A DNA stretch of 64,000 nucleotides from an uncultured Fibrobacteria bacterium. GTDB taxonomy: Bacteria; Fibrobacterota; Fibrobacteria; UBA11236. The stretch is taken from contig OY970309.1 in assembly GCA_963716395.1 (NCBI GenBank), positions 704,001 to 768,000 on the forward strand, read 5' to 3'. Positions 21,264-30,719 of this stretch are shown piece by piece. Under the pieces are notes generated by a model. The model ran no database searches, was not told where the DNA came from, and saw only the letters and a list, made by a program, of their open reading frames with translations. The position numbers and the translations under genes were made by a program. Numbering within the stretch: the first letter of the stretch is position 1; every line of letters starts with the position of its first letter.

Positions 21264-21398
21264 ATGAGATCTATTTCCCAAAGAGAGCTTCGCAATGATT
21301 CCGGCGGCAAACTTCGCGAGGTGCAATCCGGTCAAACCCTGATTGTGACTCGAAACGGGAGGTCGGTGAAGAGTTCGGCCTCCCGCAGATCCGGGTAG
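21264..21398 (+). pseudogene. Truncated Phd/YefM-family antitoxin
   Basis: Manual translation MRSISQRELRNDSGGKLREVQSGQTLIVTRNGR matches the Phd N-terminal pattern, then loses similarity and stops at 44 aa. No toxin gene follows. Confidence 0.7.
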
Positions 21399-21504
21399 AG
21401 GGCTTTGGGAAACGCCTGCGTGCCCGGGTGGTTTCTCCCGTGCCCCTGGGGCCGAAAAGAAAAGAGCTTTTGCCCGAAGTAGGCCTTAGCAATCGGGAGT
21501 AAAT
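21357..21504 (-). pseudogene. Frameshifted 5' remnant of an AAA+ ATPase (AAA_14/DUF4143-like)
   Basis: YSRLLR..KSSFLFGPRGTGETT (Walker A K to E) in one frame continues as QAFPKALYPDLREAELFTDL in another frame, then ends. Confidence 0.7.
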
Positions 21505-21579
21505 AACTCCATTTTCCATACATTATTGGAGTTTATGAATCCGAATTTAAGCAGTGCCGTATTGACGCGATTCCCTTCG

Positions 21580-23670
21580 CTATTTCTTGCCCTGCGCAGC
21601 GGGCGCCGGCGGCGGGATGCCCGCATCGATCCCGGGTCGGTTGGGGAAAGACCGGCCGCGAAGGTCATGCCCGGAAATGCAAGGGCCGTCACAATTGAAT
21701 TTCGGAAAATATTGTCCCGCCCCTGGAGTCGGGCGGGAGTTCGGGGAACCGGGTCGGCGGATCGAACTGGAAGCGTTATAGGACGAGGGAATTTTAAAGG
21801 CAAAACCACCGTCGGTGTTGACCGCGATCGACAAGGGAGTTGACGACTGGATGGACAAGGTCTGCTTGACCATGGTGCGCGCCGTGCCTGCTGAATCCCG
21901 GTACAAATCCACCGAATAGGTTCCGGGCTTAATGAAGTCGAGCGGAACCGAGATGGTATGCGCGGCCACGGCGCTGATGCCGGCCACATACCAATCGTTT
22001 CCCTTGCGGCGCGCCAAGACGACGCTTTGCCCGGGATTGCCGCTGAGGAAATGGATGTCGTCCCACGCCGAAGGCACGGTCTTTAGAAAAGGATATCCCA
22101 CGCTGGCTTGGTACGAGGCCGGGTTATCGGCGAAGTGCTGAATACCCGATTCAAAAATCACCGACAAGGCCAGTTCATGGGCGTCGGTGGTGGTCCTTTC
22201 GGAGGGAACGCCATTGGTCAACATTCCGGTGGTGAAAAGAACCGGCGTGACATCCATGGGCCCGATGACGTTGCGCGTGAAGGGCAGAGTGCAATTGTGC
22301 CCGGGACCGGGAAACCCGCGGCCGTAGTATTCATCCCCTTTCACAGCTTCCCAGGTCATGAGATTCGGCCATCGGCGCCGTTGGCCCCTCGGAACCGTGG
22401 CCCCGTGCAAAGTGCCCATCAGCTTGTATTTGATCAAATTAAGCGCGGTCATGTCGTACCATTGCATGGTGGCCTGATTGTCGCTGCCGATAAAATCAAT
22501 CTTGAGGCTTTTAACGCCCCAGGTCTGGGCTTGCGAGAAGATGGCGTCTTCCTTGGCCTGCGTATTTACGGCGGAATAGTTGTACCAGAGTTCGTCCCCC
22601 ACCGAATCCTGATTTGCCGTTTGCATCAACTGGGGCATTTGGGATTGATTGAATCCGTCGTCGGTCAGGTTGTATTCCCATCCCGTCTGATGCGCGAAGT
22701 TCAGGTAGGTTTGCTGCAAGGACAAATCCCCGGTTCCCTGGGACAGCCAGGACCATGCGGCCCGCCCCGATTTGATCCAACTCATATCCGTGATCTCATT
22801 CGGGGGATTGAGATCCTCGGTGACCGACGATTCCACGATAGGCGCCAAGGTCGCTCCCACCATGGCCACCCGCCACGGCGTCGTCCAAGGCAGGGTTCCC
22901 GACAAGGAAGCCTGCGGGAATTTCACCATGAAAACGTTCGCCGCATTCGCCAGGAGACTCAGGTGGCTCGCGCAATAGTCCCCGTAAACGGCGGCTTCGG
23001 AAAGCAAAACCCAGGATCCGTTCGGAGCATGGAACAGGGCCGGAAAGGCCATATCTTCGGACTTATAACTGGTGCCCACGGTGCCCGGATCGTAGGTGGC
23101 CTCGTAATAACCGGAGAAATTCTGCACCCATCCGGCGCTTCCCGTGGCCACGTTGAAACCCGATTGCTCGCCCGTGATGGTAGCGTTCCCGTTACCGATC
23201 AGTTCATACCGAAAGGCGACGGCGTCATTGTAGGCGCGGAACACCATGGCCACCTGGCTGTTGTTGGCGTTTTTGAAAAGCAAGGTGGTTTGGTTCGCGT
23301 TATTGGTATACACGCTTCTTTTTCCGCTGGGGAGGGAGTATTGCTCGTGGATCACCGAGTCCGTCTGGCTCACAAAGGTCAGGCCGGAGACAAAATTTTG
23401 GTTGCTCGTTATGATTCCCAGCGGCGACCAATCCAAGACCAGTGAGTCGCCGACGGAAACCTGGTAATAGCAATCCGTCTGATTGGGGAAGAGGCTGGAA
23501 ATCACAGCTTGTTTCACCGTGATCGCAACCGAATCATTCGGCGAAGTGAGCGTCCAGGGTTGGGCCCAAACCCCGGAACAGGCGGCGAAGAGGAACCACA
23601 GTGAAAAAAACCGCTTGGGAAACACACCTGTTGAGACCGAAGTTGCGTCGGAAGTTGTTCTCACGGCCAT
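21580..23670 (-). CDS. Secreted glycoside hydrolase family 97
   Basis: LTSPN, FRAYNDAVAFRY, TPWRV, WIKSGRAAWSW, KIDF, HG..PRG..RRWPN, PFTRNVIGPMD.TP, VPSAWD and ARRKGNDWYV motifs. Confidence 0.92.
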   Translation of the reverse strand: MAVRTTSDATSVSTGVFPKRFFSLWFLFAACSGVWAQPWTLTSPNDSVAITVKQAVISSLFPNQTDCYYQVSVGDSLVLDWSPLGIITSNQNFVSGLTFVSQTDSVIHEQYSLPSGKRSVYTNNANQTTLLFKNANNSQVAMVFRAYNDAVAFRYELIGNGNATITGEQSGFNVATGSAGWVQNFSGYYEATYDPGTVGTSYKSEDMAFPALFHAPNGSWVLLSEAAVYGDYCASHLSLLANAANVFMVKFPQASLSGTLPWTTPWRVAMVGATLAPIVESSVTEDLNPPNEITDMSWIKSGRAAWSWLSQGTGDLSLQQTYLNFAHQTGWEYNLTDDGFNQSQMPQLMQTANQDSVGDELWYNYSAVNTQAKEDAIFSQAQTWGVKSLKIDFIGSDNQATMQWYDMTALNLIKYKLMGTLHGATVPRGQRRRWPNLMTWEAVKGDEYYGRGFPGPGHNCTLPFTRNVIGPMDVTPVLFTTGMLTNGVPSERTTTDAHELALSVIFESGIQHFADNPASYQASVGYPFLKTVPSAWDDIHFLSGNPGQSVVLARRKGNDWYVAGISAVAAHTISVPLDFIKPGTYSVDLYRDSAGTARTMVKQTLSIQSSTPLSIAVNTDGGFAFKIPSSYNASSSIRRPGSPNSRPTPGAGQYFPKFNCDGPCISGHDLRGRSFPNRPGIDAGIPPPAPAAQGKK

Positions 23671-23949
23671 GCCTTTCTCTTTCCATCATGCGCGATTGCG
23701 CGACCTACGAAATCGGTTTGTTTTTCATTGTTGGCCTGAATTCTGGACCGCCAAAAATTTGCGCTGCGTACTAAAAATACGCGCACGAAAAATTTTCGCC
23801 CGCGATTTTCCAGCTATTCAAGCGATCCGCAAAGCCCTCAAACCGCCCATCGATTCCGTCTCCAATCGCTTCGGACGCCTGGCCGACGGCGGAACGTGCT
23901 AGAGATTCCGGGCACACGGCGAGCAAGCCGTTCGACTTCGGAGAGATGC

Positions 23950-25167
23950 CTACGCCGGACGCCAGACCGGCTGCGGCACCCGACGGGCAGCCGCGCGGGT
24001 TTTGGCGGCGGCGCGGGCCACGCGTTCAATCACCCGCAGCGTGGCGTCCAAACCGTCATAGCGCGGATGGCGCTTCCAGAACAATTCCAGGCCGCGCAAC
24101 AGCGCCGCCCGCCGCGCTTCGAAGTCGCCCCACACCGCGGGCGTGAAGCGGTGCATGGCGCAGGCCATGCCGCAGCCGCTGCGCTCCAGGGCCAGGGCGT
24201 TGAGTTCCTGCTCCACCACGTCGGCTTCGGGCAAGGCGAGCACGGGCTTTCCGAAGGCGATGGCTTCGCCCAAGACTTGGTTGCCGGCCGTGGTGAGCAA
24301 GGCCCGCGACCGGGCCAGGCTGGCCAGAAAGCCCGACGGCGAAATGGGACGCAGGCGGATATGCCCGGGCCGCTCGGCCGCCAATTGTTCCGTGGTCCAC
24401 CCGGAAAAAATTTCAAACGTCTGTTCGCCCAACGCGGCCAGGACGGGCAGCAGTCCTCCCAGGTAACGCGGGTGTTTCAGGTACACCGTCACGACGGCGC
24501 CGTCGGCGGCGGGATAACTCTCGCGGTCGACCGGCAAAAACGGCCCCACGAATACGGCGCGGCTGCCCCGTCGCTTGGGAAAGTGATGGAAAGAGCTGAC
24601 CACGATGCGCCGCGGCCATCCCGACAACAGTTGGGTGCAGAACCGGTACACCCACAGTTCCAGGCGGCTGCCGAGACCGCGCAGAGGCGGCAGCACGGTT
24701 TCGGTAAGGAAGTGCTGGTGATCCACGGCCACCAGCGGCGCATGCAGAGAGCGCGCCAGGCGGCAGGCCATGGGTTCGAAATCGGAGATCACCACGTCGG
24801 GCCGGAAGCGCCGGGCCTGCTCTTCGGCGGCGCGAAAGGCGGCGCTGTGCCGCAACCCGATTTGGATCAACGGAACCACGTTGCCGGCGAAGGTGCGCCA
24901 CAAAGACATGGCCCCGCGGGCCGTGAAACGATAGCGCAGCAACGGGATCTCCATGAGCCGGAAGCGACGGGGATCCAGCACCGACAGAGCGTCGCCGCCC
25001 GTCATCACCAGCACGTCATGGCCGCGCTCCATCAAGGCGCGCACGATGCGCGCGCTGCGGGTCGCATGCCCGCGGCCTTCGCCCTGGATGCCGTACAGCA
25101 CCCTAACCACGCGCGCCCGCCTTCGCACCGACACCCACGCGCCTTCCGGCGCCGGGGAAACGGGCAC
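23950..25167 (-). CDS. Glycosyltransferase (MJ1255/VC2487-like, GT-B fold); true start possibly GTG 25110
   Basis: LYGIQGEGRGHATRS, PDVVISDFEP, DHQH and TTAGNQVLGEA..GKP...EQELNA motifs. Confidence 0.85.
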   Translation of the reverse strand: MPVSPAPEGAWVSVRRRARVVRVLYGIQGEGRGHATRSARIVRALMERGHDVLVMTGGDALSVLDPRRFRLMEIPLLRYRFTARGAMSLWRTFAGNVVPLIQIGLRHSAAFRAAEEQARRFRPDVVISDFEPMACRLARSLHAPLVAVDHQHFLTETVLPPLRGLGSRLELWVYRFCTQLLSGWPRRIVVSSFHHFPKRRGSRAVFVGPFLPVDRESYPAADGAVVTVYLKHPRYLGGLLPVLAALGEQTFEIFSGWTTEQLAAERPGHIRLRPISPSGFLASLARSRALLTTAGNQVLGEAIAFGKPVLALPEADVVEQELNALALERSGCGMACAMHRFTPAVWGDFEARRAALLRGLELFWKRHPRYDGLDATLRVIERVARAAAKTRAAARRVPQPVWRPA

Positions 25168-25363
25168 CCGTCCGGCGGCGCGGGCGGGCGCAGGAATTTA
25201 AGGAGCAACGGGGATTGCCGCGTTCCAGGAATTTGCATGCAGACCGCCGACCCGGAAACACATCCCCAGTGTAGGTCGGAAATGTTACCGTCTCGCTAAT
25301 GAGACGTCACAACAAGGTTACAGTCGCGGGAGCCCCGCCATACCTGGGCACGCCGGCGACGCC

Positions 25364-25939
25364 TTACTCATTGTATTGCGAAGACTTGCGCAATTCCGCC
25401 AGGTCCGCCAGCACCTCGGCGCTGTGGCCGGCCGGCTTTACGCCCCGGTAGATTTTGGCCACCTTCCCGGCCGGGTCGATGAGAAAGGTCGTGCGGGCCG
25501 CCAGCGTATGGCCCTTCCACTGCATGAGACAACCGTATCGCGTCACCACCGTGGCCGCCGTGTCGGACAGCAATTTGAATCCCAACTTTTCCTGGGAACA
25601 GAACCCTTGATGCGAGCCGACCGGGTCGACGCTGACGCCCACGATCACGGCGCCCGCTTGGGCGTACAGCGAAGAGTCGTGCTGGAAATTATGCGCCTCC
25701 AAGGTGCAGCCTTTGGTGAAATCTTTGGGATAGAAATACAGCACCACCCAGTGGCCACGGAATTGATGCAGGCTGGTTTCGATTCCGGATTGATTGGGGA
25801 GTTGAAAGTCCGGGGCCATTTGCCCGACCTGAATCGAATCCGGTGCTGGTGTCGTAGCGCCGAAGGCGACTCCTGCCGACAAGAGGGAAAGGCTGGCGGC
25901 GAACAGGGTCACGGTACGACGGACGGAATGATGGAACAT
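25364..25939 (-). CDS. bcp: Peroxiredoxin (BCP/PrxQ) with signal peptide
   Basis: APDFQL, LYFYPKDFTKGCTLEA, GVSVD and RTTFLID motifs; AGGAGG RBS. Confidence 0.88.
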   Translation of the reverse strand: MFHHSVRRTVTLFAASLSLLSAGVAFGATTPAPDSIQVGQMAPDFQLPNQSGIETSLHQFRGHWVVLYFYPKDFTKGCTLEAHNFQHDSSLYAQAGAVIVGVSVDPVGSHQGFCSQEKLGFKLLSDTAATVVTRYGCLMQWKGHTLAARTTFLIDPAGKVAKIYRGVKPAGHSAEVLADLAELRKSSQYNE

Positions 25940-26027
25940 GGAATCCTCCTGCGAAAGCGATATGGGAACCTAGCATGAAATACAAGTTTCTAAAACTCGC
26001 GGCGGCAGCCAGGGGGTGATTTTCGCG

Positions 26028-27707
26028 TCAGCCGCTTTTTTTCAGCAACTCACGGGCATGGCGCAGGGCGGCTTCCGAGCTTTCGCCGCCCATCATGCGC
26101 GCCAATTCTGCCGCCCGCTCCTTTTCGCGCAGAGGAAACATGCGAGTTACGGTGCGCCCGCCTTGCAAATGTTTTTCCACGCAATAGTGCCGCTCGGCCT
26201 GCGCCGCCACCTGGTGCAAATGGGTGATGACCAGCAATTGGTGATGCGCCGCCAATTCCGCCAACGCTTCGCCCACGCGCAAGGCCGTGCTTCCCCCGAT
26301 GCCGGTGTCGAGTTCGTCGAACACCAGCACCGGCCGCGGGTCGCTGTGCGCCAGCGCGCCTTTGACCGCCAGCATTACACGCGAAATCTCGCCGCCCGAA
26401 GCGCTTTGCCGCAGCGGCTTGCTGGGTTCGCCGGGATTGGCGGCCAGGTAAAATTCCACGGCATCCATGCCGTTCGCCTGCAAGCCCAGAAATCCCTGCT
26501 CGGGCGACAGCGCCTGCACCCGCGTTTCCAACCGGCTGCCTTCCATGCCCAATTGCCCGAGGCGCGCCGTGACGGCGGCATCGAAGCGCTGCGCGGCCTG
26601 CCGGCGTTTTTCCGACAAAGCCGCGGCCGCGCTCCGGGCGGCCGCCAGCGCCGTTTCGCGCTGGTCCCGCAGCGCCGCCGTTTCCACCCCGGCGTTTTCC
26701 ATGCGCGCGATCTCCTCGGCGCGGCGATCATGCAGGGCGATGAGTCCGTCCAAATCGGTTTTGTATTTGCTCCGCAGACGTTGCAGCAGGGCCAGGCGCG
26801 CGTTCAGCGCGTCGAGGCGTTCGGGCTCGGCGGCTTCGGGCACGTCGAGACGCCGCAGCGCGTCGCGCAACCCCGACAGCGCGGCGTTCGCCTCGGCGAC
26901 GGGTTCCGCTTCGCCGGCCAGGGCCGTCGGCTCAAGATGACGCAAGAGCGCCGGCAATTCCCGTTCGAGCCGGCCCAGCGCACCCAAGGCGCCGGCCGGG
27001 CCTTCCAAGGCGTCGAGGCAGGCGGCGCGGCCGGCCGTGATTTTTTCCAGGCCCGCCAGCATTTTCAATGCGCTTTCGAGACGCTCCTCTTCGCCGGCTT
27101 GCAATCCGGCCTTGTCGAGTTCCTGGAATTGAAAGCGCAAAAATTCGCTTTGCTCGCGCAGCCGCGCGGCGTCTTCTTCGACCCGGCGTAAATCCTGGTC
27201 AGCCGCGCGCGCCTCGGCGTACCGCCGGCCGAATGCGGCGGCTTCGTCGCCGAGCCCGGCGTAACCGTCGAGATACGCCCCGTGGTGGGCGGCGTCGAGC
27301 AGGCCCTGCTGCTCGTGCTGCCCGTGCAGATCGACCAAACGCCGGCCCACGGCTTCGAGATCGCCCAAGGCCACCAAGGTGCCGTTCACGCGGCTGCGGC
27401 TTTTTCCCGCCGCCGTCACCTCGCGCTCCAAGGTCAACTCCTCTTCGGCGTCCAATTCCAGGCGCTGGAGCACGGCGCGCAGTTCGGGATCGGGCGGAAG
27501 ATCGAAGACGGCTTCGACCCGTAATTTGTCCGCGCCGCGGCGGATGGAATCGGATTTGGCCTTGGCCCCGAGCAGCAGTTTGAGTGCGCCGGTCACGATG
27601 GATTTCCCCGCGCCGGTTTCGCCCGTGATGGCCGTGAAGCCCGGCTCGAAAACGAGATCGACCGCGTCGAGAATGGCGAAATCGCGGATGCTAAGGCTTT
27701 TGAGCAT
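26028..27707 (-). CDS. recN: DNA repair protein RecN
   Basis: TGETGAGKS, HGQHE, SGGEISR, FDELDTGIGG and ITHLHQVA motifs. Confidence 0.96.
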   Translation of the reverse strand: MLKSLSIRDFAILDAVDLVFEPGFTAITGETGAGKSIVTGALKLLLGAKAKSDSIRRGADKLRVEAVFDLPPDPELRAVLQRLELDAEEELTLEREVTAAGKSRSRVNGTLVALGDLEAVGRRLVDLHGQHEQQGLLDAAHHGAYLDGYAGLGDEAAAFGRRYAEARAADQDLRRVEEDAARLREQSEFLRFQFQELDKAGLQAGEEERLESALKMLAGLEKITAGRAACLDALEGPAGALGALGRLERELPALLRHLEPTALAGEAEPVAEANAALSGLRDALRRLDVPEAAEPERLDALNARLALLQRLRSKYKTDLDGLIALHDRRAEEIARMENAGVETAALRDQRETALAAARSAAAALSEKRRQAAQRFDAAVTARLGQLGMEGSRLETRVQALSPEQGFLGLQANGMDAVEFYLAANPGEPSKPLRQSASGGEISRVMLAVKGALAHSDPRPVLVFDELDTGIGGSTALRVGEALAELAAHHQLLVITHLHQVAAQAERHYCVEKHLQGGRTVTRMFPLREKERAAELARMMGGESSEAALRHARELLKKSG

Positions 27708-28656
27708 GGCGCATTCCCGCGCTGTCGCGGCTGCCGGTCCAGCCGAGCTTGGTGCGCAGCGATTCGAAATACGAACCGCTGTGGGGACGGATGATGCGCA
27801 GGCCTTCGGGATGCTTGCGCAACAGCACCACGTCGCCGGGAGCGACCCGTTCGCGGTGGCGGCCGTCGACGTACAGATTCACGGTTTTGTCCTTGGGCAT
27901 GACGCTGCGCACTTCGATTTCCATGAAGTCGGGCAGCACCAAAGGCCGCACCGACAGCGAGGCCGGATTCATGGGCGTGAGCAGGAGCGATTGCCCCGAC
28001 GGGTGGACGATGGGCCCGCCGGCCGAAAGCGAATACGCGGTCGAACCCGTGGGCGTGGAGATGAGCAGGCCGTCGACGCGGTATTCGGTGAGAAAGCGCG
28101 CGCTGGCCGTCACCGCCAATTCCACCATTTGATGGCCCATCACGCCGGTGAAGGCGGCCTCGTTGAGCGCGATATCGCGCCACAGACACTTGGCCCCGCG
28201 CCGCCCCGGGCCCGCCGGGCGCCAATGCTCGATGTGGAGCAGCATGCGGCGGCGCAGGGTGTAATCGCGGCGCAGCAACTCTTCGAGAATGGGGCGCAGA
28301 TTGGCCAAGGTGGCGTCGGCCAGAAATCCCACCCGTCCCAGGTTCACGCCCAAAATGGGAACCTGCTGGCCGCGCACCAGGCGGGCCGCCGACAGAAAGC
28401 TGCCATCGCCGCCCAGCGACAGCAGGGCGTCGACGCGGCGGCCCAAAAAGGCGTCGCCCGCGGGTTTCATATTGCGATCAGCGTAATTTTTTAGATACGC
28501 ATTGAGATGCACGCGCACGTCCGGATGATCGGCGGCGAAGGCACGCACGACGGCCATGGCCGCGTCCATGCGTCCGCGCAAGGCCATCACGCCCAAAACC
28601 CGGATGTCGGAAGTCGGCACGGTGATGGCCGGATCGGCGTCGCGCCTCCGCGTCAT
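27691..28656 (-). CDS. nadK: NAD kinase
   Basis: LGGDGS, GVNLGRVGFL, LNE, DG..STPTGSTAYSLSAGGP motifs; adjacent to recN. Confidence 0.95.
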   Translation of the reverse strand: MTRRRDADPAITVPTSDIRVLGVMALRGRMDAAMAVVRAFAADHPDVRVHLNAYLKNYADRNMKPAGDAFLGRRVDALLSLGGDGSFLSAARLVRGQQVPILGVNLGRVGFLADATLANLRPILEELLRRDYTLRRRMLLHIEHWRPAGPGRRGAKCLWRDIALNEAAFTGVMGHQMVELAVTASARFLTEYRVDGLLISTPTGSTAYSLSAGGPIVHPSGQSLLLTPMNPASLSVRPLVLPDFMEIEVRSVMPKDKTVNLYVDGRHRERVAPGDVVLLRKHPEGLRIIRPHSGSYFESLRTKLGWTGSRDSAGMRHAQKP

Positions 28657-30044
28657 GAATTTTTCTCTCCCCCCGCCAGGGTTTCGAGCCGCGCCCGCAG
28701 GTCGGGGTAGCGGTTCTCGAACGCTTCCGCCCCCGCCAAGGTCGAGGCGCCGTGCGACTTGAGCCCAAGCACCGCGCAGGCCGCGGCCAACCCCGCATGG
28801 CCCAGAGCGTCGTAGGCGCCGCCGTCGAACTCATGTTTGCCGCGGATCACCAGGCCGTCTTCGAACTCGCCGATTTCGACGCCCGCGCGCTTGAGCGCGG
28901 CCACGAACTCTTTGAGCCGATCCACCGGGCCTCCGCGCAGAAAATCCAAATCGCGGAACACCGATTCGCCCTGCGCCAGGGCCGCGGCCGCCAGCAGCAG
29001 ATAGGCTTCGTCGTGGCCGTCGGCCAGGGTCTCGGCGTCGAAACGCTTGCCGAACAAATCCGCCGCGCGCACCCGTAACGTTCCCGTGACTTCGCCCCGG
29101 CGCTCGCGCCGCTGGAGTACTTCGAGGTCGGCCCCCATGCGCCGCAAGGCCGCGAAGATGGCTCCGCGGCCGGTATGGAGCAGAACGTTTTCCAGCAAGA
29201 GATCTGAACCCTTGATCACGGTGGCGGCCAGCGCGGCCACCGCGGCCTCGCCCACATCGCCCGGAAGGGAAAGCGTCGCCGGCGCGGGGTGGCCGGCCGG
29301 CAATTTCAGGCGCGTCACCGGCTCTTTTCCGGCGGCGCGCAATTGGCGCGCCATGCGCCGCGTCAATTCGTCGGCATCTTTGGCATCGTCGCGCTCGATC
29401 CGGGCTTCGAGGCCGAAGTGCGGGAGCAGGGATTCGAGCAAATCGGATCCGGGGCGCTGCAAATGCAATTCCAGGCTTTGGCCGGCGGCCAGGTGATGGA
29501 AGATCAAAACCGTCTTGGCCAAACCATCGTCCCATTTGTGCTCGCAGGGCTGGCAGAAATTCCGGGCCTGGCGATGCAATTCACCGGGCCGAAATTCCGC
29601 CTCGAAATCGGGGTTCGACGCCTCGGGCGGATACAGGGAGGCCAGCAAGGCTTTCACGTCTTCGCCGACTTCGGCGGAATACAAGAACGCAGGACGCAAG
29701 CCGGCACCGCCGCCGATTCCCGCCAGGATTAATGCCGCCAGGTCATGGCTCGCCGTCAACGGTTCGTCGGCCGGATGCCAAGCGCCGCCGCGGATCAACA
29801 GCACGCCGGGGTCGGAAGCGGAGGGTGTGAATCCCACGCCCCAGGATTCCAGCGCCGCGCGGAAAGATTGGAACCACGGGGCTTGGGGCAAATTCCCGAG
29901 GCGCGTTTCCCCCGGGCTCAAAGCTGCCAGGCCCACGGCCAGCAGGGAAAGGTGGGCGTCGCCGGGCAACTCCAAGCTTCCGCGCAAACGCCGGCTGCGG
30001 CGGATTTCCCATACGGTTTTCTCGTCCACCGGCGCCTCGATCAT
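28653..30044 (-). CDS. EPSP synthase (AroA)-fold protein with degenerate active site
   Basis: AroA scaffold visible (LRGSLELPGD, GETRL.NL, LPGD, MGA, DGLVIRG, YPD), but KS..R, GNSGT, RPM, SAQ, KE and DHR motifs are altered or absent. Confidence 0.75.
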   Translation of the reverse strand: MIEAPVDEKTVWEIRRSRRLRGSLELPGDAHLSLLAVGLAALSPGETRLGNLPQAPWFQSFRAALESWGVGFTPSASDPGVLLIRGGAWHPADEPLTASHDLAALILAGIGGGAGLRPAFLYSAEVGEDVKALLASLYPPEASNPDFEAEFRPGELHRQARNFCQPCEHKWDDGLAKTVLIFHHLAAGQSLELHLQRPGSDLLESLLPHFGLEARIERDDAKDADELTRRMARQLRAAGKEPVTRLKLPAGHPAPATLSLPGDVGEAAVAALAATVIKGSDLLLENVLLHTGRGAIFAALRRMGADLEVLQRRERRGEVTGTLRVRAADLFGKRFDAETLADGHDEAYLLLAAAALAQGESVFRDLDFLRGGPVDRLKEFVAALKRAGVEIGEFEDGLVIRGKHEFDGGAYDALGHAGLAAACAVLGLKSHGASTLAGAEAFENRYPDLRARLETLAGGEKNS

Positions 30045-30430
30045 GGGCGGTAAGGTACTTTCACGAAGTCATGCTTTCCGTCCGGGAAATCGCGCGTATT
30101 GCGGGTGGCCAGCAAAAGGCCGTGATGCCGGGCCAAGGCCGCCTGCAAGGCATCGGGTAATTTCCAACGGTGTTCGCGCCGCAACGCGGCCGCCAGGTCG
30201 GCGACTTCGAGGGTGATGGGCAAACATTCCCACTCATCGAGAAAAGCCGCCACCACATCCCGCCCGGCCTCGTCTCCCCCGGCCAAGGCTTCGGCGCGGG
30301 TGATGACCGAGATCACCGCCTGACGCCGCGCCCGCACTTCGGCAAGCCAGCGGGTCGCGCTTTTCCACCCGGAAAAGTGATCGATCAGGATGACGGTGTC
30401 GAGCAAATAAAGGGGCTTCACCGATCCCAT
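30041..30430 (-). CDS. vapC: PIN-domain toxin (VapC family)
   Basis: YLLDTVILID, ISVIT.AE, KLPDAL.AA.A and TRNTRDF motifs. Confidence 0.9.
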   Translation of the reverse strand: MGSVKPLYLLDTVILIDHFSGWKSATRWLAEVRARRQAVISVITRAEALAGGDEAGRDVVAAFLDEWECLPITLEVADLAAALRREHRWKLPDALQAALARHHGLLLATRNTRDFPDGKHDFVKVPYRP

Positions 30431-30669
30431 TCCGAACGCAGCTTACGCACGTAGGCGAGGGCGTCGACACCCCGTTCTTTCCAGATGCCCGCGGTGGCCT
30501 GCAAGGCCGAGCCCCGGTCCGGAAGCTGCTCGGCATGCGCCCGGTATTCGGCCACGGCCTCGCGCACCATTTCGGCCATGGACTGGCCGCGCCGTTTGCT
30601 CATGGTTTTCATCCAGCGCATATCCTGCGCGGGCAAGGAAATCAAGGTTCGGTTCATGCGGGTCGGCAT
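30418..30669 (-). CDS. vapB: Ribbon-helix-helix (CopG-like) antitoxin
   Basis: MNRTLISL...SMAEMVREAVAEY; C-terminal GIWK....YVRKLRSEW; overlaps the PIN toxin. Confidence 0.82.
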   Translation of the reverse strand: MPTRMNRTLISLPAQDMRWMKTMSKRRGQSMAEMVREAVAEYRAHAEQLPDRGSALQATAGIWKERGVDALAYVRKLRSEWDR

Positions 30670-30674
30670 GACTT

Positions 30675-30705
30675 CCAATATATCACTCTAGTGATATATT
30701 GGCAA
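30675..30705 (-). promoter_or_regulatory. vapBC promoter overlapped by a 13+2+13 palindromic operator
   Basis: CCAATATATCACT-CT-AGTGATATATTGG at 30675-30702. Minus strand reads TTGCCA-N17-TATATT, with ATG 7 nt downstream. Confidence 0.8.
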
Positions 30706-30719
30706 GCGCCGCGAAAGCT

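Noticed and set aside
25289-25306. Palindrome CGTCTC-N6-GAGACG upstream of the glycosyltransferase, and GGGGATC-GT-GATCCCC at 34857-34872
   Set aside because: Short single palindromes with no supporting promoter geometry or cognate regulator; too weak to call.
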